This document shows positions 16,223 to 24,818 of a DNA stretch of 41,239 nucleotides, piece after piece. The position numbers and the translations under genes are program-made. The notes beneath the pieces were generated by a model that was not told where the DNA came from, searched no databases, and saw only the letters and a list, made by a program, of their open reading frames with translations. The stretch is taken from NCBI GenBank assembly GCA_900299055.1, contig OMII01000052.1, forward strand, positions 1 through 41,239. The letters are read 5' to 3'. This DNA is from Pseudomonadota bacterium. Its GTDB lineage: Bacteria; Bdellovibrionota_C; UBA2361; OMII01. Positions within the stretch are counted from its first letter, which is position 1; each line of letters opens with the position of its first letter.

Positions 16223-16960
16223 ATGTGTAGTCGAGACTGTGTTGCCGGCAGCGATCGCTGGAAATCGGATGTTGAGAAACTTGCTTTGGGAGTTCCTCGT
16301 GTTGACGTGGCTCTTTCCATGCTGAAAGAGGAGCCGTTGTCGCCTGAGCAAATGGCGTCATTGCAAGCGCTGCTTGGTCGCTATCAACTGATGTCGCCAA
16401 GTTTCGGGCGTCGAGGTACAGAGCTATCAGAGGTAACAGCGGCAACGTCGGTGGGCAAGCGGATAGCTGAAGTGCATTCAGGAAAACGGCGCTTGATGAT
16501 AGTAGCCGGCGGTCAAAGTGGAGTTGATCGAGCCGCCCTTGACTCTGCGTCTGAATTGACGTTGCCACATCGTGGATGGTGTCCTGAAAAACGGTGGGCG
16601 GAAGATGGAGCTATCGGTGCCACGTATCCGATGCAAGAGTGCGATAGCGGCAATCCTGCTGTGAGGACTGAGCTAAATACGATTGACTCTGACGCGACGC
16701 TGGTTCTGACGAAGGGAAAACCAAATGACGGAACGCCTCTCACGATTGAGCGAGCCGAGCGTCATGGACGGCCGACACTGGTGATGACACTTGGCGCGAC
16801 CCCAGATATCGAGGGTTTCTGGCGCTGGATCGAGAAGTTCGATGTCAGAATACTCAATATTGGCGGGCCAAGAGAGAGTTTTAGTCCAGGCCAAGTGTAC
16901 GAGGAATCGAGAGCAATCCTCGATCTCATACTAGATCCGACGACTCCACGAGCAAGCTAG
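16223..16960 (+). CDS. circularly permuted YpsA-type SLOG-domain protein (PF12694-like, formerly 'putative molybdenum carrier') with unique N-terminal extension
   Basis: GGGGAGG SD 5 nt before the ATG. LMIVAGGQSGVDRAALDSA...HRGWCPEKRWAEDGAI...YPMQE...RTELNTIDSDATLVLT...GTPLTIERAERHGRP matches the GGQ(T/S)GVDRAA / GWCP.gR.AEDG / N..DSD(G/A)TL pattern I recall for this family. The first ~95 aa have no recognised motif. Confidence 0.7.
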   Translation: MCSRDCVAGSDRWKSDVEKLALGVPRVDVALSMLKEEPLSPEQMASLQALLGRYQLMSPSFGRRGTELSEVTAATSVGKRIAEVHSGKRRLMIVAGGQSGVDRAALDSASELTLPHRGWCPEKRWAEDGAIGATYPMQECDSGNPAVRTELNTIDSDATLVLTKGKPNDGTPLTIERAERHGRPTLVMTLGATPDIEGFWRWIEKFDVRILNIGGPRESFSPGQVYEESRAILDLILDPTTPRAS

Positions 16961-17035
16961 GAGGGAGGGCAAGAGAGCAAAAAGCACCTGCGTTGGTCTG
17001 GCCGAAACAGTGAGAAAGACAAACTTCGAGCCTCG

Positions 17036-17737
17036 GTGTGGGGCGCTCTCGAGGAAAATGGCGCTGGTGTTGGGGAAATCTATGACTCAATCCCAGACTA
17101 CGTCGGGGGGCATATCGCCGCAGAGCGACTCTCTCAGCAGCCGTTTTGGAAAGAGGCAAAGGTAATAAAATCTAACCCCGATGCTGCGCAGGGGCCGGTA
17201 CGCTATCGAGCTCTTCGCGATGGAAAGTTGCTCTATATGCCTGTGCCTGAACTGGCAAAGGATTATCCTTTTGTGCTGCTAGATCCAGCAGAGCTTGCCA
17301 AGAAGGGTGTTGCATTTGAGGAGGCCGCGACACTTCAAGGCGCTCTTAAGTATGGAAAGCCGGTGCAGTTTGATGAAATGATGCCGATGGATGTTCTCTG
17401 TGTTGGCTGTGTTGCGGTCACTCGCGCAGGTGGCAGAACTGGCAAAGGTGGTGGATTTGCAGACTTAGAGCTCGGAATTTTTCGTGAGCTCGGACTCGTG
17501 CCACAGCACGGAAAAATCGTAACAACGGTACATCAATTACAAGTCGTGCCTAATGACCAGGTTCCCATGCAGTGGCATGACAGCCCTCTCGACTGGATCG
17601 TAACGCCAGAGGAAGCAATTGAGACTAGAACGCCCTACCCGCAACCGACGGGAGTCGCCTGGGATGTCGTACAGCCAGATCAATACCGGGATATCCCCTT
17701 CCTCACAGCGCTGCGCCAGGAACTTGGACGCTCGTAG
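17036..17737 (+). CDS. 5-formyltetrahydrofolate cyclo-ligase family protein (5-FCL-like paralogue); true start uncertain
   Basis: VWGALEENG...IPDYVGGHIAAERL...KSNPD...LLYMPVP...VGCVAVTRAGGRTGKGGGFADLELGI matches the 5-FCL fold paralogues (vW..Le..g...IPNF.GA..AA.rL ... GkG.G(Y/F).DLE). GTG 17036 is the first canonical start, but the conserved-looking KDKLRAS lies upstream of it, in frame. Confidence 0.7.
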   Translation: MWGALEENGAGVGEIYDSIPDYVGGHIAAERLSQQPFWKEAKVIKSNPDAAQGPVRYRALRDGKLLYMPVPELAKDYPFVLLDPAELAKKGVAFEEAATLQGALKYGKPVQFDEMMPMDVLCVGCVAVTRAGGRTGKGGGFADLELGIFRELGLVPQHGKIVTTVHQLQVVPNDQVPMQWHDSPLDWIVTPEEAIETRTPYPQPTGVAWDVVQPDQYRDIPFLTALRQELGRS

Positions 17738-17969
17738 TGGGGCTTTGGTTGGGATGAGGGCTCGAAGAACGCGAAACGCCTCACATTCCCTCTGCGCGTG
17801 CTCTTCAAAAGTCTCAAGAGAGAATTAAACGAAGGGGATGGCCCTGCGGGCTCAGCGCAGAATGCGAAACGTGTGTACGTTGTTCATGCCTTGTTCGCCC
17901 GCTGAAGCATCAGTGGCCGATAGTAGGTCACACAATGGCCGGGCAGTATTGATGTGCACTATCAGGGCA

Positions 17970-19580
17970 TCAGGAGCGGCGAGCGCGTGCAGCTGAGATA
18001 GAAAGCGCCTTAGAGGTGGCTCCCCAGTCTTCGGTGGCTGAGTAGACGGCAGAGCCCCCTTTAGAAAAGAGGCGAGTGCGCACAGTGAACGCGTAGCGCC
18101 CTCGGCTGTTCGTGGTAGCAGATGCCACGATTTGGTTGCCGAGAATCAGGTTAACGGTAATTCCAGCTTTAGCGCCTGCTCCGCCCTCCGTGAGAGTTCC
18201 ACTCAGACGAACGGTTGAAGTCGTTTTGCTGGTCTGTTTCTTTAGTGTGAGAGCTCGCGGTGCGGTGGTCGGATTCTCAATAGAGCCCGGAGTGTCACCG
18301 GCTGGTCTCTCGACTGCTTCCGTAGAGAGACAAATGTTACTACGACGTAGAAAACCGCGAATTTCAGCGAGGCTTCGCACTGAGTAAATCTCCGAAGGGG
18401 GGATAGAAATGCTGGGATACATGACGGTGCCTGGAGCGCCGACATCGTGAAATGCTCCCAGTGAATGGCTAATTTCGTGAGAGAATACTCCAAAAGTTGT
18501 GTCGAAAAGATGTGCTTGGCTTACACCATAGGCAAGATGTGATGTTGCGCACAAAGAGCCGATGTAGGCAATTCCGAGGATGTTGCCATCAATAGTTTTG
18601 CCGGTGAAGAGATGCTTTAGGTCGACATCGGTGTCGTATGTTGCAGCTGCGATGCCAAGATTATTGGCATTATCAGGATTTCGCACAAATTGTGATAAGA
18701 GGTAGTCAGCACGAGTAGAGCTATACGGAGACATATCGGTATAGGTGTGCTGTTTGACGATTCGAAAGGTGATGCCGAAGTTCCGGAAAAACAGAGCCTC
18801 TGAAGTGTTAATCACGCGAAGTATCTCCGCGTTACTTTCGCTGCCAAATTTGGCGTACCATTCCGGATCTGCATCCGTGCTTAATGTAGCGACTCTCGCG
18901 GATACGAGAGTTTGAGCTGTGACTTCGTCGTCTGCTGTTGATAGCGCCTCTGTGCTTGAATGACGGTGCCCATCGACGTCCTCGACTGAGGTGCTACAAG
19001 CGCCGCTTTTCCCGGCATGGCTTGGAATGCTCGACACGTGGGCGGTCGACGGGCTTGAGTCACCAACGACAGCGTGGATTGTGTAAAGCCGCCGACGACC
19101 TTTTGACCCTTTTGGTCGGCCGAGAAAGGTGATGCGAAGCTTGTTGTTGATGATAGAGAGAGCAGTGGCGGAAACGCGTGGTGAATCCGACTTTTGTAAG
19201 CCACCGCCGAGTGCGATGCGCCCCTGAAGAAATGTCACAGACGTTGAGTCTGGGAGATCCTTTCCATCAATTGTAAATGAGCGCGGCCCAGTGAAGTTAC
19301 GTTTGAGGCCAAGTGATATACTAACGTGTCCCTCTCCATAGATGACGGCTTTGATTGTGACCGGTGTTATCACCTCACGGTCAAGACTTGATGCTGTGGC
19401 TGTTGATCCAAAACTCTGAGTACGTGCTACGTATTTATCCAGTCCTGTCGCTATGAACGTGGTGCGATGGGGTGTTCGAGTTTGTGCCAGACATGAGTGC
19501 GATACAAGCAAGGTGCACAGCAGCCCAGCTACGAGCCCTTGGATAACTACGAGAAATTTGCAGTGCACATACCGCTGCAT
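17970..19580 (-). CDS. secreted metzincin zinc metalloprotease with C-terminal carboxypeptidase-regulatory-like domain
   Basis: Signal peptide ...LLCTLLVSHSCLAQ. Zinc motif HEISHSLGAFHD (HExxHxxGxxH) followed by a Met-turn candidate GTVMYPS. C-terminal LSGTLTEGGAGAKAGITVNLILGNQIVASATTNSRGRYAFTV resembles a CarboxypepD_reg beta-sandwich. Confidence 0.8.
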   Translation of the reverse strand: MQRYVHCKFLVVIQGLVAGLLCTLLVSHSCLAQTRTPHRTTFIATGLDKYVARTQSFGSTATASSLDREVITPVTIKAVIYGEGHVSISLGLKRNFTGPRSFTIDGKDLPDSTSVTFLQGRIALGGGLQKSDSPRVSATALSIINNKLRITFLGRPKGSKGRRRLYTIHAVVGDSSPSTAHVSSIPSHAGKSGACSTSVEDVDGHRHSSTEALSTADDEVTAQTLVSARVATLSTDADPEWYAKFGSESNAEILRVINTSEALFFRNFGITFRIVKQHTYTDMSPYSSTRADYLLSQFVRNPDNANNLGIAAATYDTDVDLKHLFTGKTIDGNILGIAYIGSLCATSHLAYGVSQAHLFDTTFGVFSHEISHSLGAFHDVGAPGTVMYPSISIPPSEIYSVRSLAEIRGFLRRSNICLSTEAVERPAGDTPGSIENPTTAPRALTLKKQTSKTTSTVRLSGTLTEGGAGAKAGITVNLILGNQIVASATTNSRGRYAFTVRTRLFSKGGSAVYSATEDWGATSKALSISAARARRS

Positions 19581-19916
19581 GATTCACGTGTAGTACAGAA
19601 AGCGTGCCAGGGCCCACGTGGCGGCGTAGGGCCGGCTAAGGCCTCAATATATGGGCACTCTTGGATACGTAATACCTCAATCCATGGGTGAGGGACTTCC
19701 GTGTAGGTGAAAAAAGTAATGGCGGGGGCTGTTTCTGTTTGAGGCCTGGGCCTCGTCGAAGGGCTCTGTGGAGTCCGGTTTTTAGGGTCAAAATCACTTA
19801 AGTACCAGGGCTAACGTGCCGACGATTCCTTTAGGTGTGGTTTGGAGAGAATCATGCTCAGTGTCTGGCCTCGTGGTGAAAAACAGCGTAAATGCCGCGG
19901 CTCGCCATCAGTAGGG

Positions 19917-22900
19917 ATGGTTCGATATCTTTTTGCGTTTGTCTGGTTTGCTTGCTCAGTATCAGCAGCGTTTGCACAAACGAATACCGTTGGGCTGTCC
20001 AGTTCGCTTGATGCTACGACTGCTTCAGCGCAGAAGAGTTTTGTTGATACAGCTACCAACATTACGTGGAGCTTTTGGTACAATGGTACAGCGATAGAGT
20101 TTAGCTCGTCATCAGATCAGGTGACATGGACCTCTCGTGGGACGTTGCCCTACAATACCCCGAACTTCTCAATAGCCTATAAAGTTATCAGTGGAATCTC
20201 ATATCTGTTTCTTATAGGTGAAGCCAACACCCATGATGTAGTGCTCCTAAGAGGTTCAATTGCCGGCACTTCAATCTCGTTTGAAGGAGAGGTGACTGTT
20301 TTTGATGGTAGTTCGGCAAGTGACCGCTACACACTACCGGCAATACAACTCGATTCCAATAATCGAATATGGACTGCAGCTTTTAAAGATTTGGGTCCAG
20401 TAGGTGATCGACTACTCCTGACAACTCGGCGTACCTCTGGTACCGCTACTGACGCGCTAGCGTTTGAAACGGCGAGCTCTATGGGTAAGCCTGCGACTTG
20501 GGCGAATGGAATCGTGATGAGTCCTTTGAGCCTCGGAAAGATGCTGCTAGTGGTATCAGGAGAGAGTGGTACAAACATTATTCCCTACCAATACGATGGT
20601 AGCGCTTGGAGCCTTGCTACAACAGGCGGTGAGTATGGTGCGACAGTTTTTGCCTCAACCGGATTTAGCGGACATGGCACGTACACAGTTTTTGCCTCGG
20701 GCCAAAACGTCTACGTCGGGGGTGAGATCCATGAGCAAGGTCGAGCGTATGGAACAACCAATTATGCGGGCGGAGGAGGACTCCCGATAAGGGGCATAGC
20801 TCGGTGGAACGGCTCTGATTGGAGTATGCTTCGAAATGGAGTAAATCCGGATTACAACGGAGTGCTCTCCCTTAGCCAACATGGCTCAGATCTCTATGCC
20901 GGTGGTTGGTTTGGGCGAGTAGATGGTGCGAAGGCTAATCGTATCGCTATGTGGAATGGAAGTGCCTGGAAGGCTTCCGCTCCTTTTTCGACAAGCCTCA
21001 ATAGCTCCGTCTACCAACAGGCGTGGATCGGTGACGATCTCTACGTTGGTGGAAACTTCACGAAGGCGGGAGATGTCACCGTTAACTACATAGCTAAGTG
21101 GGATGGAAGCGCTTGGAGCCCCTTGGGTAGTGGCTTAGGTTCGACGATGGGTACAGTGGGGCGCTTACTCGAAGTGTATGGAAATGAATTGTATGTGGCT
21201 GGAAGCTTCACGCAAGCGGGTGGTATTGCTGTCAATTATATTGCGAAGTGGAACGGCACATCATGGAGCTCAGTTGGTGGGGGATTTAACGCTGCGCCTC
21301 GAGCGATGGCCGTATACGCAGATGAGCTCTACGTGGGAGGAACGTTCACATCAGTTGACGGCATCGCGGTTAATCGCATTGCGAAATGGAACGGTACTGC
21401 GTGGAGCGCCGTTGGGACAAGCTCCTTCAACAACACCATCTCGAAACTGGAGGTCATAGGGTCCGATCTCTACGCCGGCGGATCTTTTACTGCGCCTGCA
21501 AGCTATGCGGCGAAATGGAATGGCAGTGCTTGGAGCAGCATTGGCTGGACAAGAGGAAACACGATAAACGGCTTTGCTGGGGTAGGAAGTGACCTGTATG
21601 TAATGGGAGGTACGCAGGAGGGATTGTACAGGTACAACGGAACGTCGTGGCGACCTGCAGGAGGCGGGATCGATGATACTATCTACTCGGTTATGGTCTC
21701 TGGGAGCGACACCTATATCGCAGGTGCTTTTACGCAGGCTGGAGCTACCGCTGTTAATCGGGTTGCGCGCTGGAATGGGATTTCGTGGAGCGCGCTGGGA
21801 GGCGGCGTTGATGGTACGGTCAACGCAGTCGTTGGAGGTGGTTCAGATACCTACTTTGGAGGAGCTTTTACCAACGCGAATTCAAGCTCCGCCAATCGAA
21901 TTGCGAAGTGGAATGGTAGCGGTTGGAGCGCGCTTGGGAGCGGGGTTAACAATACCGTTACCAGTCTTGCAACCGTAGGTAGCGATGTATATGCAGGGGG
22001 AGCATTTACAGCTGCTGGAGCTGTTTCAGCGAATAGGATAGCAAAGTGGAATGGCACCGCCTGGACTGCACTTGGGAGTGGCGTCAACAGCACCGTTAAC
22101 TGTCTTGTAAGTTCCGGTAGCGATCTATACGTGGGGGGATATCTCACGGCTGCCGGAGCCGTAGCAGCCAATAGGATAGTGAAGTGGAACGGCTCTGCGT
22201 GGATCCCTCTGGGATCAGGGGTGAATAACATTGTGAACGCTATTGCGGTAGCGGGCTCGGATGTCTACGTGGCGGGAGCCTTCACTGCAGCGGGCGCCGT
22301 TGCTGCCAATAGAGTGGCGAAGTGGAATGGGACTGCCTGGGAGGCGTTGGGTAATGGTCTTACTACGACGATTTCGAGTCTGCAGTTGGTGGGAAGTTAT
22401 CTTTACGCTGGCACCTCAGCTGGTGTCTACAAGTGGGATGGATCCTCCTGGACCTCGTTTACGACTCGCTTTCAAAGCGCCAATTCGATGGTGTCCGTCG
22501 GAAGTGACATATACGCTGGCGGAACCGGGTCTCTAGGCATTCTTCGCCCCGTGGCAGTCAGCGGCCAGGTGCCGCTGACACAGCCTGTGTTAGTTTCGGA
22601 TGCTCCGGGCGGCCCATATATGTTCTACGTCGCGATTAATTACGGCGGTCTGTATGATGTAACCTATGACCTTGTGATGAAATCGTACTCAGAGGCAACA
22701 GGGTCCTGGAGTGCTCCTGTTACCGTGCATGCGTCCAAGGTGTCAGGGAACGGCGCGGTAGTTTCACATGGCGAAGGGTACTACGCGAAGACGGGCAAGA
22801 TTGGCGCGTGGTTTATCGATAACAGTAGTGTGATGTACACCGAAGCCAGTGCTCCATACACCTCGTGGTCGACGCCGGTGGTAGTGAGCTCGGATGGTAA

Positions 22901-23939
22901 TCCTCGCAACATATCTGTGATTCCGGCTAGTGGCTCTCTCGATCAGATCAGTGCCATCTGGAACCGCGAGGGGGCATCGTTAGGTGAAGTCGTCTCTTCC
23001 TTGAGTGGCCCTACGCCAACGCCAACGATCACTCCGACCGAAACGCCGACTAACACTCCTACGAACACGCCCACCGACACGCCTACGGATACACCAACGA
23101 ACACTCCGACGGTGACTCCGACGGCAACGCCGACAAATACTCCAGTTAATACTGCAACAAACACCCCGACGAGTACGCCTACAGCAACGCCTACTCCGAC
23201 ATCAACGTTGCCGGTGAACTCAGTTGGCGAGCCGGCTGCTGGCATGATTGAGGATGCACAGGGGGCCCCGGTTGGCGGGGTTCTTGTCTATGTGCTCAAT
23301 GTGGGGCTGGGTACCACTGAGGAGAATGGGGCGCTCTTTATGTCCGAGCTGCGACCAGGAAATCAATACTCAGCGTACTTAAAGAAGGAAGGATACGACT
23401 TTGGTTCCTCAGCAGTGACGTTTGACGGGGGGAGTGGGTTGCGGGTGTCGGGTAGTCCAAAACAAGCTGGGCCATCCAGTTGTGCTCAGGAACTCCTGAC
23501 TCCGAAGCTGCAACGCATTGGCACTGCGGCGACAAAGCTCTACGCTGGTGCCGCTGCAGATTTTACCAGGCTAACATCGGTTTCCACTGACACCTCATAC
23601 ATATCGCCACCTGTGACTCTTGCCGAGCGTGCATTGACACAACTGAATCAGGCGCTTGTTGCTAATTACCTCATCCCAGCGATAGACGTTCAATGCCCGG
23701 TAAATGCGGCTACGACGACCCCGTGTTATCGCGTGTCGCTACGCTCTGATCGAAGCGTCATGAAGAGCGCAATTCGGGCACTCCGGAGCGAGCCTCTTCT
23801 CGCCAACAGGGAGCTTCGACAAAGTAAGCTGCGTTCGCTAGCTGGGTCACGCATGACAATCGCTTCAATTAAAAAGACTCATGCCAGAGCTATGCGCATT
23901 CTGCGTCAGATCCCCCCTGATACTACGCACTGCCCGTGA
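19917..23939 (+). CDS. giant secreted repeat protein: ~14-blade beta-propeller-like array, P/T linker, CarboxypepD_reg-like domain and unknown C-terminal domain
   Basis: The ATG at 19917 gives signal peptide MVRYLFAFVWFACSVSAAFAQ (the ORF track starts at 19842). There are 13 clear repeats of (A/Y)(K/R)W(N/D)G(S/T)xW..(L)G.G...(x)..G.(D)(L/V)Y(A/V)GG.F(T)..G....N(R/Y)I, plus one degenerate (YQYDGSAWSLAT). Then GPTPTPTITPTETPTNTPTN... Then GGVLVYVLNVGLGTTEENGALFMSELRPGNQYSAYLKKEGYDF. Confidence 0.8.
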   Translation: MVRYLFAFVWFACSVSAAFAQTNTVGLSSSLDATTASAQKSFVDTATNITWSFWYNGTAIEFSSSSDQVTWTSRGTLPYNTPNFSIAYKVISGISYLFLIGEANTHDVVLLRGSIAGTSISFEGEVTVFDGSSASDRYTLPAIQLDSNNRIWTAAFKDLGPVGDRLLLTTRRTSGTATDALAFETASSMGKPATWANGIVMSPLSLGKMLLVVSGESGTNIIPYQYDGSAWSLATTGGEYGATVFASTGFSGHGTYTVFASGQNVYVGGEIHEQGRAYGTTNYAGGGGLPIRGIARWNGSDWSMLRNGVNPDYNGVLSLSQHGSDLYAGGWFGRVDGAKANRIAMWNGSAWKASAPFSTSLNSSVYQQAWIGDDLYVGGNFTKAGDVTVNYIAKWDGSAWSPLGSGLGSTMGTVGRLLEVYGNELYVAGSFTQAGGIAVNYIAKWNGTSWSSVGGGFNAAPRAMAVYADELYVGGTFTSVDGIAVNRIAKWNGTAWSAVGTSSFNNTISKLEVIGSDLYAGGSFTAPASYAAKWNGSAWSSIGWTRGNTINGFAGVGSDLYVMGGTQEGLYRYNGTSWRPAGGGIDDTIYSVMVSGSDTYIAGAFTQAGATAVNRVARWNGISWSALGGGVDGTVNAVVGGGSDTYFGGAFTNANSSSANRIAKWNGSGWSALGSGVNNTVTSLATVGSDVYAGGAFTAAGAVSANRIAKWNGTAWTALGSGVNSTVNCLVSSGSDLYVGGYLTAAGAVAANRIVKWNGSAWIPLGSGVNNIVNAIAVAGSDVYVAGAFTAAGAVAANRVAKWNGTAWEALGNGLTTTISSLQLVGSYLYAGTSAGVYKWDGSSWTSFTTRFQSANSMVSVGSDIYAGGTGSLGILRPVAVSGQVPLTQPVLVSDAPGGPYMFYVAINYGGLYDVTYDLVMKSYSEATGSWSAPVTVHASKVSGNGAVVSHGEGYYAKTGKIGAWFIDNSSVMYTEASAPYTSWSTPVVVSSDGNPRNISVIPASGSLDQISAIWNREGASLGEVVSSLSGPTPTPTITPTETPTNTPTNTPTDTPTDTPTNTPTVTPTATPTNTPVNTATNTPTSTPTATPTPTSTLPVNSVGEPAAGMIEDAQGAPVGGVLVYVLNVGLGTTEENGALFMSELRPGNQYSAYLKKEGYDFGSSAVTFDGGSGLRVSGSPKQAGPSSCAQELLTPKLQRIGTAATKLYAGAAADFTRLTSVSTDTSYISPPVTLAERALTQLNQALVANYLIPAIDVQCPVNAATTTPCYRVSLRSDRSVMKSAIRALRSEPLLANRELRQSKLRSLAGSRMTIASIKKTHARAMRILRQIPPDTTHCP
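20790..22480 (+). repeat. intragenic tandem repeat array (46-50 codons per unit; exactly 138 bp in the central five units)
   Basis: The TGGAA(T/C)GG (W-N-G) landmark occurs at 21771, 21909, 22047, 22185 and 22323, a constant 138-bp spacing. Flanking units are more diverged. Confidence 0.85.
23010..23210 (+). repeat. low-complexity Pro/Thr linker-coding repeat (TPT-x)n
   Basis: ACGCC(A/G/T)AC(N) iterated. Translates as PTPTPTITPTETPTNTPTNTPTDTPTDTPTNTPTVTPTATPTNTPVNTATNTPTSTPTATPTPTS. Confidence 0.85.
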
Positions 23940-23970
23940 GCCAGCTCGTGTCGTGACGTCGCTCCGGTTG

Positions 23971-24807
23971 TTACTCGGAGAAGCTATGTTCCGGTGCTGG
24001 ATATGCTCCGGATTTTACCTCTCGTACGAAGCGCTCGAGAGCGCCCCGAATACTGCCGCTTTCCTCAAGAAAGTTTTTAGCGAATCGAGCGCGCTTGCCG
24101 GGAGTCACATCGAGGATGTCATGCAAGACGAGTACCTGTCCTGTCATGTGAGGACCCGCTCCGATACCGATGGTCGGCACCGTAAGAGTCTCCGTAAGGC
24201 GTTTGCCGAGAGAAGAGGGGATAAGTTCGACGAGAATAATGTCAGCTCCGGCACTTTCAAGTGTTCGAGCGTCAGCGAGTAACTGTTCGGCCGCCTTGTG
24301 GTCTCGTCCCTGCACCCGATATCCGCCTAACGAGTGGACGCTTTGAGGAGTTAGTCCGAGGTGGGCGCACACAGGAATTCCACGCTCGGTCAGAAAGCGT
24401 ACCGTTGACGCGAGCCAGGCGCCCCCTTCGAGCTTAACCATTTGAGCTCCTGCAGCCATGAGTGTGGCCGCGTTGCGATACGCCTGCGCCGGTGACTCCT
24501 GATACGAACCAAATGGCATATCCGCCATGAGCCAGCTCTTTCCTTTGCGTCGCGCAACGCAGCGCGTATGGTATGCGATATCCTCTACCGTCACAGGGAG
24601 GGTGGACTCGTGCCCTTGCAGCACCATGCCAAGCGAGTCTCCCACCAGCAGGATGTCGACGCCACAGTCGTTCATCAGAGAAGCAAACGATGCGTCATAG
24701 CAGGTAAGCATCGTAATTCGGTCGAGCGAGCTGCGCCGCGACCGAAGGTCGTTGATCGTGACCGCCTTGCGGATGTGAGAGTCAGGTGGTGTATCGCTGA
24801 TACTCAT
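23971..24807 (-). CDS. panB: 3-methyl-2-oxobutanoate hydroxymethyltransferase (ketopantoate hydroxymethyltransferase)
   Basis: ITMLTCYDASFASL, VDILLVGDSLGMVLQGHESTLPVT, ADMPFGSY, VKLEGG, IPVCAHLGLTPQSV and IGIGAG are the canonical PanB blocks. Confidence 0.9.
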   Translation of the reverse strand: MSISDTPPDSHIRKAVTINDLRSRRSSLDRITMLTCYDASFASLMNDCGVDILLVGDSLGMVLQGHESTLPVTVEDIAYHTRCVARRKGKSWLMADMPFGSYQESPAQAYRNAATLMAAGAQMVKLEGGAWLASTVRFLTERGIPVCAHLGLTPQSVHSLGGYRVQGRDHKAAEQLLADARTLESAGADIILVELIPSSLGKRLTETLTVPTIGIGAGPHMTGQVLVLHDILDVTPGKRARFAKNFLEESGSIRGALERFVREVKSGAYPAPEHSFSE

Positions 24808-24818
24808 GAGTGCTTATG

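Noticed and set aside
16958-16960. In-frame TAG as pyrrolysine or genome-wide TAG reassignment
   Set aside because: TAG terminates several well-defined genes in this window (11926, 13238, 16222, 17737, 4126, 28643). No pyl genes are seen. Local readthrough, a split gene or a sequencing error remain possible and are reported as a finding.
21851-22231. 126-aa antisense ORF (and similar ones at 21178-21459, 21673-21978 and 22261-22536) inside the propeller repeat array
   Set aside because: They arise from the periodic, GC-biased repeat sequence of the 1340-aa gene. They have no SD or motif, and the sense frame has a clear repeat consensus.
22943-23245. 100-aa antisense ORF encoding (VGV)n opposite the P/T linker
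   Set aside because: It is the reverse-complement reading of ACNCCNAC repeats, a low-complexity artefact.
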